From Macrostomum hystrix (lineage: Eukaryota; Animalia; Platyhelminthes): DNA of 64,000 bases. The notes under the pieces are model-generated. The model searched no databases. It was given only the letters and a program-made list of their open reading frames with translations, and was not told where the DNA came from. Location: the NCBI GenBank assembly GCA_950097015.1, contig CATNEN010000003.1, forward strand, positions 9,796,001-9,860,000. The letters run 5' to 3'. A program made the translations under genes and the position numbers. This document shows positions 26,799 through 39,571 of this stretch, in pieces (position 1 is the first letter of the stretch; each line of letters begins with the position of its first letter).

Positions 26799-28120
26799 GG
26801 AAAAGCTGGCTGAATAGCTTTGGGGGAATCGAGTCAATGGTGGCAGCAATTAATGTGTTATTGCTCTGCTGAGGGCCAAACAGAGCAGCTCTGGTTCCCG
26901 ATTGATATCATTTTTAATGATGTTACATCCTTGCGATGCCTTTAGTTGTAAAAGCTCCAGAAGTATTTTGCAAACAGAGAAAATCAAACAATTATGTGTT
27001 TGTTAGGCCACAATGCAAAAAGGCTTTACATCATTGAAACTCGCAGAAAATTTTAATGAGTTCTCACGCTTTAGCATAGAAACTTGCTGAATTCAGAATT
27101 GTTTTTCTGAAATTTACGAGAAATGTTGGAGCTAAAAAGTCCCTAAAATAAAAGTTGTTGTAATAAATGTCCTATTAAATAAGCAAAAGCGCACAAAACT
27201 TTTTCTGTTGAAATATTCATGCATGAAACTTGTTCTCCTAATGCCTAATTCTCTTCTCTGTTTCCCTCTTTGTGAGATTTTGTTCCACATTTTTACTTAT
27301 ATAATTGTAAGTGAAAAGAACTTCTCTTTGTCGACCATGTTATTGTCACCAAGGACTTTTTATGAGAAAAATAAACACAAAAACCGTTGGAAATCAGTTA
27401 TCAATCAGTTCGGTGTCTTAAAGTATTTATTTATTGTGGCGCCGTCGGTCCATCGCGGCCAGGCGCATTGATAGCCTGAGCGTGGGCGGGCACGGTGCCG
27501 CCAATGTCCTTTAACTCTTCACTGACCTATTAATGTACATGCCTATTGTGTGGCACGTGGCCACCGCTCAATAATATCGCACGTTGTACTTGTATCTCGC
27601 GTTCTATATAAGTGATGTGACTGATGCACAAATATATTATCGTGTTCGCTCCAAACTAACAAACATAAGAGTCACTCTAAACGACACGACATTTATTATA
27701 TTGATCATCTATCAGAAGTGGCTAGATGAACAAGTCTCGATACTTTTTACTTCCAATGTAAAGTTTGTTATGCAGCATAACAAATTATTCTTTAAAGCGG
27801 TATTTCTACTCGTATCATTATGCAAATCCTTTTAACTTTCCCAAGGTTGCGTTCAAATATCCCTTAAGCTTTAGCCCTATGGAAAAGACGTTTTAAATTT
27901 CCGAAAAATAACGAACCACCTGTGCGGCTCGTAGCTCTGCTAGACTTGCAGCCTGACCGATCGGACCAAAGGTTAACCCCACTTGCAAGCCTCACATGTC
28001 ATCGATATGTCATTGGTAGGAGGAGATCAACGAATTCAAAAAAAGAAAGAATCTTTATAAGGTTAGACAATCCGTCTTAAACTTGTTGGCTTCGTATTTT
28101 TAATTTAAATCTCATAAATT

Positions 28121-28831
28121 TCAGTACGTCTTGACGAACTTTACCCAGTTCGGGTCGGTCTCAATGGTGTTACCAACGCTGGCGTCGGTGAAGTCCAGCA
28201 TGCGACAGGCGCTGCTGGCACGGTTGAACAGGGCGGCTCGACACTCCCAGCGCTGCTCACAGAGCAACAAGCAGTGCGGCTGTGAGCTTGCAGTAGCGTC
28301 AGTAGAGCAGTATGATGGACTGATGTTGCCCAGCTTCAGAAACTCAGTCATTTTGAAATATTTGCTGTTTGATGTCGCAAGGGGCTGGCACACAAAAGTC
28401 TTATCCTGGTGGGCAGTAGATCTGTCTCGAAGGCCTGTTTCACTCACCGCCAGAAAGTCATCGTCGTTTCTATCACTGTTCGGAAGGCCAGACATCCAGT
28501 CAGTGTTATTCAGCTCAGGAAACAAGGACCCGTTGGCGAATCTCCAACCAGTGCGTGATGTCCCAACCTCAACCAGAAGGTCCGTCACTCCGATGAAGTA
28601 GACCGAGTTCCAGTGGTTCACAGCTCGGATGGCAGTCAGGTCCATCAGCAGCTCCCCGCCGATATCCTGACACCGTCTGGCTGCATCGCACCAGCTGTCG
28701 ATATTCGAGTCGTTGCCGATGAAGACGCAGCTTCCAAGCCTGTCAGTGAATGGACTGACACAGGTTGCAGTCACTATGGCGAACATTCCAGATAGTAAAA
28801 TAATCAGATGCCTAGCTATTCTAATAGGCAT
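28121..28831 (-). CDS. Secreted C-type lectin-like + PAN/Apple protein, copy A (intronless)
   Basis: Hydrophobic signal; W-x-DA-RRC-x-DIGGEL, FIGVTD, WRFANG, DWMSGLPN and FVC (CTLD-like); HCLLLCEQRWECRAALFN..ACRML (PAN core C-x3-C-x5-C-x11-C). Confidence 0.88.
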   Translation of the reverse strand: MPIRIARHLIILLSGMFAIVTATCVSPFTDRLGSCVFIGNDSNIDSWCDAARRCQDIGGELLMDLTAIRAVNHWNSVYFIGVTDLLVEVGTSRTGWRFANGSLFPELNNTDWMSGLPNSDRNDDDFLAVSETGLRDRSTAHQDKTFVCQPLATSNSKYFKMTEFLKLGNISPSYCSTDATASSQPHCLLLCEQRWECRAALFNRASSACRMLDFTDASVGNTIETDPNWVKFVKTY

Positions 28832-29450
28832 GTCTAGCAAAGCCGGCAGAATGGAGAGTGCAGAGCGCCTGGCTTCTCAGTTGCCACATTAATTAACAGT
28901 TGTTTCCCTGTAGTGGCTTACTGTATGTTATAAACCTCAACAACAAGTAATTACCTAGTTTGCATTACTTGAACCAATCAAATTTTCCTTAACTATTCTG
29001 TCCTGTCAAGGTTTCCGCGCCTTTGTGCATCTCATTTGAAGCTTCTGCGAAATCTTGCCGCTAGGAAAAGTATTACCTGTATTGAGAAGACAGTTTCATG
29101 CTGACGACGATGACTGAATGCTTGCTAATTGGCACGGGAGCAATTTAAAAGATGTTTTCTGGTGCCTAAATTTATTATAAGCTTCCGCGCTAATTGCCTC
29201 TAGTTACAAAGGACGCTACAAAAGCATGTTGTTCGTCAAAAGTACTAAAGTTTCCTAACTATTGCTCACTCGGAGGACAAAAAGCATCTCATTTAAAAAC
29301 AGATATACTCGTAAATGTGTAAACTTTCCGTGTCTCATTTTAAAAAATAAATTTTACCAATATCTGGGTCCAAAAGTCGAAACTTACGAACGATCTTATA
29401 AATGAGTGGCTTCATTTGGTCTTGCATTGTCCTATTAAGAGGTGTAATAA

Positions 29451-29600
29451 CAGTGTTGGGCGCGATACTTCAACAAATTATCGCTTTAAAGCGATACTCC
29501 GATACCGATCCTCTAAAAGATATCGGCGATATTTGTTGGTCCGATACCAAAATTTGAGTATCGCGCGAATACTTTATTCCGATACATCATTTTTTCGTGT
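29451..29600 (+). mobile_element. Left end of an hAT-like MITE (CAGTGTTGGG plus cgatac subterminal repeats); other end not found
   Basis: CAGTG start followed by clustered cgatac/gtatcg motifs. Confidence 0.4.
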
Positions 29601-30459
29601 TTTCTGTATCTATCAAGCCAAAAATTAATAAAAATCTATTAGCTACATTTTTCGACACTAAATTAGACTCTAGTGAGACGTGGCTGACCAGAGAAGAAGA
29701 TTAAATGGGCGAAATATTGTTATAATTTGTTATATTGTGGTAGCACTCTGATAGTCTTTGTCAATAATAGAAAACTCTTTCAAGTCTGGCCATAGGGCCA
29801 ACTGGCACTGTCACAATTTATAGATTTTCTTGATTCTACACTCGTAAGGCTGATTTTGGCCTTGAGTGCTACTGGTGGAAGCAGTCACAGAAGCATAATC
29901 AACATAAATGACATCATCATCAGTAGACATCATGAGTGTTCAGATCAGAATCAGAACAAAAATGTACATTACTTACATAAACTCGATATAATTTTTGTGT
30001 ATAATAGCCGCGCAGCAGGCTGGCGTGCACCGAGTTTACTTGCTGTTCGAGCGAGTCCGTCAGCGTCCAGGTCTCGGCGTTCTACAGCAGGACGGTCTCG
30101 AACACCTCGACCTAGAACAGCGCCGCCCTCTGCCGATCAGGTAGGGTCTCGGACTGCAGGACCGCCCTAACAGAACGAAAGGCAGCCCATTCGAGCTTGC
30201 GGCGACGCCGCAGATCTTCGCGGACGTCAGGTACCAGACCACCGAGGTAGACGAACTGTTGACAACGCGGAAGCTCCTGTCAACGCCTCCGTAGAAAATT
30301 GCGGCCTCAATGTCACCCGGCACGCAGAGAACGCTCTGCGGTCGAGGACAGAAGGGGGGTCGTCGGCGTAGCCAAGCACGCTGAGCCACCTTTCCGGTTG
30401 ACGTGAACCCTGAAAATAAAGTCTGAAATGTATAAAGAGGCTACAGTCTTTGAACTGTC

Positions 30460-30880
30460 CGACTTTGTGATTATAGCCTGCGTCAGTCCTTTTATTGTCA
30501 GGCTTGGATGCTGCATCTACATCGGCAATGGGTCAAATATTGCCGGCTGCTGCGACCCCGACAGACGGCGTCAGGGAGCTGCTGATGGACCTGAATGCCA
30601 TCCGAGCTGTGATCCACTGGATGTTAGTTCTTACTTCATCGGAGTGACAAACCTTCTGGTCGTGCCCTGAAGATTCGCCGACAGCTCTTTGTTTTTAACA
30701 ACAGCGACTGAAAGTCTGGTTTAACCGAACTTTGCCACAATGGTGACGACGACTTTTTAGTGGTCAGTTTTGCTGGCTTGTGAGAAAGCGAACATAAAGT
30801 TGAAGTGCTAGCCGATAGTGACACGGATAGCCGTTATTTTCTATGGATGGAATTCATGAAACCGTGCAGCATCAGCCTAG
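30460..30880 (+). pseudogene. Degraded C-type lectin-PAN pseudogene
   Basis: ACVSPFIVRLGCCIYIGNG, ggagctgctgatggacctg, YFIGVTNLL and DDDFLVVS, with multiple indels. Confidence 0.85.
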
Positions 30881-32174
30881 CGCTCGCGGCGCTCTTGTCT
30901 TCAATAGCGAAGCTCGTATCCTCAAGACTGTAGCTCGTAATTCGCACGTACTTTTGCTCGAAGTGACACCAATGAGGCAGAGAAGTCTGCTCTCCGCGGT
31001 AGGGAGATGCCTAGGCCAAGGCTCTTGCGCTACTTAAGACGCACGATGGCGTGTCTCAGTTCCATCGTCCTATTGTAAGGCTACACGACGCCACAAATCA
31101 GCGCACCGTCATGCTTGACGCTAATCCGGAAATTCAACTCCTCGATCTTGCAGATCCTTTTGATCCGAACTCTATTCTCAGTGTACGTAGCATTGTTATT
31201 GGATGTCTCATCGAATTGTGACAGTGGAGTCGGGAATGGAACCCCGAATTTCAAGCAAGGACCATTAGAAGAAGGTCTTCTTCTTGTGGTCCTTGCTTGA
31301 AATTCGTCAGTCAGCCGCTCAACTCATTAGGCTACAACATTTTACCACAAAACAAAGATTGCTTGCTGCACGTGGAAAATAATAATGATTGCAAATCCAG
31401 CTTAACACATAGAGACGATAGCTGCATGCCTTCCACCTGATGCGCATCAGTCCACTTCTAGAAGCATGTGGAACCCTTAAATTTTTTAATGGAAAAAGAC
31501 TCAAAAAAGGTTTAGCGGTATAGAAGCGCTCTTCAATGCGATTCTAAGAATGGAAGCATTGCTCCTAAAGGAAACGACAAAATAGAAGAGCACAATGAAT
31601 GTGGGCAAAAGCAACTTCAGAAATTTTTAGTCGTGTAGAACTTTTTATTGTGTAAGTTTTGTCAGAACTAGGGTGATGGAAGATTTTTGTTGCTTTTTTG
31701 CGCGTGGTGGGGAGCCGCTAATTAGAATGCTTCGTAAAACAGGCCCCTTTTTGTCACGGCAAGAAGAAAACTTCAATTTATTAGCTCGTACGAAGTTCGA
31801 CTGGACAAGCTTAATGACATTGCGCTTTATCGTTAGACATTTTCTACTTTAAAGGATATTGCGGCGAAAAGAAACAACCAAAACTATAAAGACGTTTTAG
31901 TGGGACTTTAAAAAATGTTAATTGCGCCAATAGTTCGACCGATTTAGGATTAGCAGATAGAACATACAAATATGGGCGCTATATAATAGTCAGCTTCAGT
32001 TACAAATCAGACAGATAAGCATGAACTTGTAAGACTGGTTGATATTTGTAAAGCTTGAATAAAAATATTTCCAATTTTTTTAATAACCAGAAAATACGAT
32101 GCGAAATGCGTTTTAAGCATCTAACAGATAAAAAACTGAGTTCAATCGATTTCTGAATTTATGCACGCATAAAA

Positions 32175-32882
32175 TCAGTACTTCTTAACGAACTTGACCC
32201 AGTTCGGGTCAAGTTCGATGACGTCACCAACGCTGGAGTCGGCGAAGTCCAGCATGCGACAGGCGCCGCTGACACGGTTGAACAGGGCGGCCCGACACTC
32301 CCAGCGCCGCACACAGAGCCACAGGCAGTGCATCTCCGAGCTTGTAGAGGCGTCAGAGTAGCAGTAGGATGGACTGATGTTTCCTAGCTTCAGAAAGTCA
32401 GTCTTTTCAAAATAGTGGCTGTTCGGTGTCACAATCGGCTGGCACATAAAGCTGGTGTCAGTATCAGGCGGTCGGTCTCGCAGGCCTGCAACACTAACCA
32501 CCAGAAAGTCGTCATCGATGCTTGCAGAGTTCGGCAAACCAGACATCCAGTCGCTGCTGTTTAGCACCGGAAATGGAGAGCCGTTGGCGAATCTCCATTT
32601 GCTTCGGGACCCACCAGCCTCGACCAGGAGGTCCGTCACTCCGATGAAGTAGTATTGGATCCAGTGGTTCACAGCTCGGATGGCAGTCAGGTCCACCAGC
32701 AGCTCCCCGCCGATATCCTGACACCGTCTGGCTGCGTCGCACCAGCTCGAGACGCTCAAGCCATTGCTGATATAGACACAGCTACCGAGCCTGTCAGTGA
32801 ATGGACTGACACAGGCTGCTGTCACGAAGGCAATCAGTCCGGATAGTATTAAAATCTGACGTTTAGCGTCTTTTAAAGTCAT
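32175..32882 (-). CDS. Secreted C-type lectin-like + PAN/Apple protein, copy B
   Basis: Intact paralog. The ATG at 32882 precedes the signal peptide, and an upstream in-frame ATG also exists at 32984. Confidence 0.88.
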   Translation of the reverse strand: MTLKDAKRQILILSGLIAFVTAACVSPFTDRLGSCVYISNGLSVSSWCDAARRCQDIGGELLVDLTAIRAVNHWIQYYFIGVTDLLVEAGGSRSKWRFANGSPFPVLNSSDWMSGLPNSASIDDDFLVVSVAGLRDRPPDTDTSFMCQPIVTPNSHYFEKTDFLKLGNISPSYCYSDASTSSEMHCLWLCVRRWECRAALFNRVSGACRMLDFADSSVGDVIELDPNWVKFVKKY

Positions 32883-34459
32883 ACCAACAACTATCTGAAG
32901 GTTTGAGTGCAGGCTGCAAATATTTTTTGAATATTCAGCTAAGAGTCTTTCCGTATGTGCCAGAAATGTTTGCTGAATTAGCATGTATTTACATTAAGGT
33001 CCCTTTTCATATGCTTCTGGCACCCAATGAGAATGAAAGCATGAATAGACCTGTTCTGAATCAGCCCATCACTTCTGTCTGAATTTTTTTAGAGACGATG
33101 CTGCCAATTCTGTGACTTGAATGTTAAACTAATTTTTTCAGCCAAATGACCTGTCTTGTAGTTGTAACGCACGACAGCTTCGATAGTACTATTAGTACGT
33201 ATATCAGATTGCTTTTGTTAATGCGAAGATCTTCGAGTTCTACACACTAAGAATGAGTCTAAATCGCTAAAACCTGGACGCTGGCTGAGGTACTCGAGGG
33301 ACAGCTCACGGGACCCAGCTTCGGGCGACGTTCGGGGACCATCATGGCTCTGTCAGCGAGACGATCGACTCTCTTTACAAGCGTTCAGAGCCTCTGGCAT
33401 TCTGCCCTTTCTTTATTTTCTAAGCGTATCACTGACGCAGCGCCGCCAATTTAGCGGGGCTGCTTCCGCGTCTTCGGCGGTCGTTCGAGGAGCAGATTCT
33501 CGACGGTATCTATATGGCTTGCAGCAGACTTTGCCGAGCAAACTTGCTCGCTTCCTTTGCTCCAGCCTCAGCGAAGCTCAGGCTGTTCGGCGTCGGCTGT
33601 ACAGTTTACAGTTCTCTACATGTTTAGAATGTACAGCTGTCGGCTGCACATCTGGCCCAATCGGGGCAGGTGTAGTCAATTATTTATTTTAGCGAATCTT
33701 CGTAAGCCATTGCCGACAAAATTAGCAGGCGTATTACCATCTAACGATAATTGTTTCAGGTGTAAAATATTGATGATTGCAAAGCTAGCTGAACGCCCAG
33801 AGACAATGGCTCCATGCCCAATGCCTTCCGCTTTGTGGGCAAAAAGTCCACTTCTACGCGCTAGAAGCATCTCGCGCCCTAAAGTCTCTTTTAAGTGAAA
33901 TTATCTCAAGAACGGCCCGGCCTTTAAGCCCACTTGTACGCGCTAAAAGAAGACGATGAAAAATTAGAAGCAGATTCCGAAGTAATCTGGTGTAATTTTT
34001 TTAATGAGCAGTTTTTTCAGAACTTGGACAATAGGATGATGGGAATTTTACCTTCCTTTGTGGAATGTATTTTACTACAAGCCCTTTTTTCCGTCGACTG
34101 CTCTGACTAAAAGCGTTAGGTATTCATGCCGCTGACGCATGTTAGCCTTAATTAAAGAAAATCGCAATTATTTTGTACAAAAACTTTTGGACCATTAAGG
34201 CCGTTGGACAACATTCTAATCCTTTTAATTGCACAGCAGCGCGAACTTTTAGAAGGCTCGCAAAGCTTCATCTCTTTTTTACTGAGTTGAACGTTAATTT
34301 ATTTCGAGTTCGTCAACCCGGCCAGAACTCGAGTTGACAATATCTATGTGTAATACATGAATACATGTGTTATCATTACAGCAAGTATTATTGCTGGTCA
34401 AACGAACTGTTCCTCCAGAATAAAACTGTGTCATTAATGCGGAAATAAAGCAAAGTGTC

Positions 34460-34715
34460 GGGGGTCGGTGGCAGAGTGGTTAACGTGTTTGCCTCTCGCA
34501 ACAAGGTCCCTAAGTTCGATTCCGCGGCGAGGCCACCTCAATAAGGGGCGCAGCCGTGGAGAGAAGGCTTGGGGGCTTGTCGTGCAATTTGCGCCCATGA
34601 GGGCCAACCTCCAAGGCACAGTGAGAGTGTACACTGCCTGACGATGAGAAAGTCAGGGCAGATGTACACACCTGCATGAGCGTGTGTCGTCCTTGATTTT
34701 GCATAGTCAGTGATC
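34460..34715 (+). mobile_element. tRNA-derived SINE (family 2)
   Basis: A box TGGCAGAGTGG, B box AGTTCGATTCC; body closely similar to 61653-61880. Confidence 0.85.
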
Positions 34716-34855
34716 TCGCGGACACTGTTGAAATGAGTTCTTTGAAAATTGTTGAAGTAGACGGGTGTATTTTCCACTTTTCATTTTACTGTAATTGTAA
34801 AAACTGTCCTTAGAGATATTCTAATTCCGTTTGCCAGTTAAGCTCTCTTGACTGC

Positions 34856-35253
34856 TCAGTACTTCTTGACGTACTTGACCCAGTTCGGGTCAAGTTCGAT
34901 GACGTCACCAACGCTGGAGTCGGCGAAGTCCAGCATGCGACAGGCGCCGCTGACACGGTTGAACAGGGCGGCTCGACACTCCCAGCGATGCACACAGAGC
35001 CACAGGCAGTGCAGCTCCGCGCTTGCAAATTCATCAGTGAAGCAGTAGACTGGACTGATGTTGCCCAGCTTCTTTTTTAAATACTGGCTGTTCGGTGTCG
35101 CCATCGGCTGACACACTAATCTCTTGTCATGAGCATTAGTAGATCTGTCTCGCAAACCCTCTTCACTCACCACGAGAAAGTCATCGTCGTTTCCATTGCC
35201 ATCTGGGCGGCCGGGCATCCAGTCAGTGTCATTGAGCTCAGGAAACAGGGACC
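34856..35253 (-). pseudogene. 5'-truncated C-type lectin-PAN copy C
   Basis: Homology begins abruptly at GSLFPELNDTDW with no signal peptide, and a 12-nt in-frame deletion removes TEFL. Confidence 0.88.
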
Positions 35254-36369
35254 CTTATGTCCTTAGATGATATTTTTTAAGTAATACGATATTTAAGGCT
35301 GCACAGCAATTAAATTAATCTATTTTTGACACTACTTGTAAGTAATATGGCAAGACATTTAGAAGAAAATGAAAATGAAATGAAAACTGCCGCATCAATA
35401 TATAGTAGAAAGTCTAAATCAGATGTGACGAAAAAAATGATCGGTACTGGAGATCATTTGCTTGACAGTTAAGTTTGCCAATCAATTATTTTTTAAATTA
35501 ATTTTCTTAACTAAAAGCTGTCTACATTTCTTCTTGTTTTATTTAGAAAAACGTTTTTTTCAAACTTCAATGTCACAAATTCACCTGCCAATTCATTAAA
35601 AAATATAAATTAAGAATGCCTGTCATCTGCGAAAGAGGAATGAATAGAATGCTTGAAGGTACGACAATAGTCTTAAGTCAATAATTAAAGATGGTGGTAT
35701 AACATGTCAAATTTGTTGACAAGGAACAATGTGTCACGGGGAATCCAAAAGATAAGCGCGCTTCTTTCCAAGAGTCGAAAAATTTGCACGCACCTGCAAT
35801 TTAGTCGCAGTAGCCAATTAGTTGTATGAGTACGTACTATTGAGTTTGTGTATTCAAAGGCAATACCATTCAAAGGCATTAAGGAAAGAAAAGCTGCTTT
35901 CAATTTAAAATATATCAAGCCAGTGCCACTTGTCAGAGGCTGTATGGTATAAAACGTCTCCATTTTAGAAAACCAGAGCAAAATGAAGGAGCAATCGACC
36001 ATGGTTTTTCAAAAGGTTTTTACGAAACGCATCCAGAGCTCCACTTGTTTCGCATTTTTGAAACTCTATGGTTTCTCAAACGGAAGGCAGTTGCAGTCGA
36101 AAAATTGCCATAGACAATTGATAGTATATTAGGGAGCAAGACGTGGGTTTCAAATTCTAAAATTTAACGCAGTTTTTGTCACATATTCAATGCTATCCGT
36201 GCACGAGTATACACTCAGCAACATTTAAAACGCAACACTCTAACTAGAAGAAAAATCAACTCACTCAGAAGAGTCAAAGCGCATAGTCTATGGTTCAAAT
36301 CGAGCTTCAGAAACGCGTGTAGCTTCCTCTACAACACTCTAACTAGAAGAAAAATCAACTCGACGTAAT

Positions 36370-36648
36370 TTTCGCAGTGATGGTCGAATTCGCGTCTGGC
36401 GTGAGCCACGGCAAGAGCTTCTGCAGCAGCACGTGCAAAGCTGCGATAGGCAGGGACCCTCCGTACACGTGTGGGCAGGGATTTCAATGCGAGGCAGGAC
36501 CCAGCTGGTTTTCTTAGACGCAAACGTGAACGGCGATGAGTACGCTCGTTTGCTGCAGACGCATCTGCTCCCTTATGTTAACAACCACTTTGGTGGCGTC
36601 GCAAACTGCATACTGCAGGACGATAATGCACCGGCGCACCGGGCGTTA
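36370..36648 (+). mobile_element. Tc1/mariner transposase fragment
   Basis: VHVWAGIS..G.TQLVFLD..VNG..Y..LL...LLP and ILQDDNAPAHRA, the second catalytic Asp motif. Confidence 0.88.
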
Positions 36649-36810
36649 GAGTGTTGCGTTTTAAATGTTGCTGAGTGTATAATATAAGAACCAGGCTTCG
36701 TTAGCGATCGCTACGAGCTACAAAAAATGCATGTGAAATGCCAAATTTTGAGCAAGGCGGCACAACACTCCCAACGCTGCCGCAGGTCAATAGCTAGTGA
36801 GAGTCTAGAA

Positions 36811-37545
36811 CAGGGGTCGGCAAACTCCCGCCTGCGGGCCAGATACGGCCCTCAAAGCTCTTAAATCCGGCCCGTTGCCACTTCCGACACAAATAGTATA
36901 CTGTTTCAATCTTTCCCCCTGTCTCATCTCTGCCGTGTGTTATCTCTCCCGTGTGTCATCTCTGCCGTGTGTCATCTCTCCCGTGTGTCATCTCTCCCGT
37001 GTGTCATCTCTCCCGTGTCTCATCTCTGCCGTGTCTCATCTCTCCCGTGTGTCATCTCTCCCGTGTCTCATCTCTCCCGTGTCTCATCTCTCCCGTGTCT
37101 CATCTCTCCCGTGTGTCATCTCTGCCGTGTCTCATCTCTCCCGTGTCTCATCTCTCCCGTGTCTCATCTCTCCCGTGTGTCATCTCTGCCGTGTCTCATC
37201 TCTCCCGTGTCTCATCTCTCCCGTGTCTCATCTCTCCCGTGTCTCATCTCTCCCGTGTCTCATCTCTCCCGTGTGTCATCTCTCCCGTGTGTCATCTCTC
37301 CCGTGTCTCATCTCTGCCGTGTCTCATCTCTCCCGTGTCTCATCTCTCCCGTGTCTCATCTCTGCCGTGTCTCATCTCTGCCGTGTCTCATCTCTCCCGT
37401 GTGTCATCTCTCCCGTGTCTCATCTCTGCCGTGTCTCATCTCTCCCGTGTGTCATCTCTCCCGTGTCTCATCTCTGCCGTGTCTCATCTCTCCCGTGTGT
37501 CATCTCTGCCGTGTCTCATCTCTCCCGTGTCTCATCTCTCCCGTA
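36811..37545 (+). mobile_element. hAT/Charlie-type MITE left end carrying a 16-bp minisatellite (36915-37543)
   Basis: TIR CAGGGGTCGGCAAACT preceded by gtctagaa, subterminal gcgggccagatacggccc, then a (tctcccgtgtctcatc)n array. Confidence 0.82.
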
Positions 37546-37761
37546 AAATGCTTTTTTACTGTGCAGATCCGCTCTAGTAGACACAAATGAGTTTTCATTG
37601 GATGACGAGTCGCTGAGTACTTCAATTGTTCAGTGACAGCCCAATTAAAATCATTCTTTTCTTTCAAAGCAGCGCCCATGCGTTCTTATACTCATGAAGT
37701 CCACGACATTAAACAATATTATTAACAAATTACTATTTTGCAAAATTACAGACAACCTCAC

Positions 37762-38466
37762 ATGGTCAAAAAGTTACATCACAAGTTCGCAATAGTGCTT
37801 GCACTTTTTGCGGTAGTTAGGGGACAGTGCGTCAGTCCATTCACTGACAGGCTCGGAAGCTGCGTCTTCATCGGCAACGATCCGACTGTCTCGAGCTGGT
37901 GCGACGCAGCCAGACGGTGTAAGGATATCGGCGGGGAGCTGCTGATGGACCTGACTGCCATCCGAGCTGTGAACCACTGGATCCAATACTACTTTATCGG
38001 AGTGACGGACCTACTTGTTGAGGCTGGGAAGTCACGAAGAGGTTGGAGATTCGCCAACGGGTCCCTGTTTCCTGAGCTCAATGACACTGACTGGATGCCT
38101 TTTCTGCCGAATAGTGCAAGCCAAGATGACGACTTTCTGGCAGTTAGTGTCGCTGGCTTGCGAGACAGGCCTGCTAGAGTGGATAAAAAGTTCGTTTGCC
38201 AGCCAGTCGCCACGCCAAACAGTTCCTATTTTTTAAGAGTGGACTTTCTAAAGCTGGGCAACATCAGTCCATCATACTGCTACACTGACGAATCTGCGAG
38301 CTCGGAGCCGCACTGCCTGTGGCTCTGTGAGCAGCGCTGGGAGTGTCGAGCCGCCCTGTTCAACCGTGTCAGCGGCGCCTGTCGCATGCTGGACTTCGCC
38401 GACTCCAGCGTTGGTGACGTCATCGAGAGCGACCCAAGTTGGGTCAAGTACGTCAAGAAGTACTGA
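37762..38466 (+). CDS. Secreted C-type lectin-like + PAN/Apple protein, copy D
   Basis: Intact paralog, MVKKLHHKFAIVLALFAVVRG-QCVSPF... Confidence 0.88.
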   Translation: MVKKLHHKFAIVLALFAVVRGQCVSPFTDRLGSCVFIGNDPTVSSWCDAARRCKDIGGELLMDLTAIRAVNHWIQYYFIGVTDLLVEAGKSRRGWRFANGSLFPELNDTDWMPFLPNSASQDDDFLAVSVAGLRDRPARVDKKFVCQPVATPNSSYFLRVDFLKLGNISPSYCYTDESASSEPHCLWLCEQRWECRAALFNRVSGACRMLDFADSSVGDVIESDPSWVKYVKKY

Positions 38467-38963
38467 TTTTGCAGCATTTACTAACGCTGCTGGAAACTTG
38501 ACAGGTTTCAAAGTTGAGATCAAAGTATCTTCTGTTACTATCAAATAATAATTTGATATCTGATTCGCTGTCTGGTATCACCTTTATCTTCTATATTCTA
38601 TGATCAGTTCGGAGGAATCAAAGCTGAAGTCATTTTAATTGCTTTCCAAATTGAGTCGGTCGTTCTTTTCAACGCTGCTAACAGTGAGTGATTGGTTGAC
38701 AGACTACGCGACGGTGCACTGTGGTTGAGCTGCATCTAATATTTAGACTTGATCAGTGAAATTGGAGAAATTCGCGTCCAGTGAACCAGTGAACATCTCG
38801 ACGGTCTAAAGAGCTGTCGACTTGATTATTGTTTCAGAAGATGTCCAATAAAAAGTTGGCCTAGCTTGTTCTTGAGTTTTGAGTGTGCTTGCGTTGCTCC
38901 GTTCGGGTGCGGCACTAAAAGTCATCAGGGGGAAATCCCCCCTTCGTACGAGTCTACTGTTAA

Positions 38964-39056
38964 CAGTAGAAAGACCATTCATGGCGATTGGTTGAATATT
39001 TTAGGAGACAGCGAAAAAATGCGGGTTTTTTAAATAACCTTGTGTTCTTTCTATTG
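38964..39056. mobile_element. Short deleted copy of the 6089-6473 MITE
   Basis: cagtagaaagac...ttctattg ends. Confidence 0.55.
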
Positions 39057-39571
39057 TAAAGAATTCATGTATATTCTGGGCATCTCTTAGACTTAAAGGC
39101 TGTGCCCAGTTCTTCATTTTGAAATCAGTTGAGAACATAGAGGTTTGTGGTCCTTGTGGATCAGGCAGTGCTGGATAGAAAGCTGTCAGCGCGGGAGAAA
39201 AATTGGGGTGGGGGGTTTCGCGCGCTAGTTTCAGTTCACCCTAGGTGTACAGATGGGAGGAACGGGAGTGATAATAGGCTGGTCTAGGCCAACAGGAGTC
39301 TTTGTACATCGACCTGTCGGTGTCGTAGGCGAAACGGGAAGGGATTACAGGGAATCATGCATGCACAGTTCACATTGTGCGGGGTAGCTGTTATTGAAAA
39401 AGATGTACTTTAACAGCGGATGTTTCTTGAATTATTTTTTTATATTTAGCTCGAGCTTTTATTTAACTTGAAGAATTTAATTATTTAGTGCTCCTTTAAT
39501 GTGGGTACTACTCGGAGGGTTGATAACCTAATTCGAGTGCTACTCAGCCCCTAAATGACCACATTCTGGTG

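Noticed and set aside
28131-28601. Antisense ORFs over the lectin genes (MTNFTQFGSVS...)
   Set aside because: Shadow frames of the conserved sense CDS with variable ends between copies
36233-36361. 30-bp direct repeat (36233-36262 and 36332-36361) next to the Tc1 fragment
   Set aside because: Real but isolated; most likely a small repair or duplication scar with no further structure
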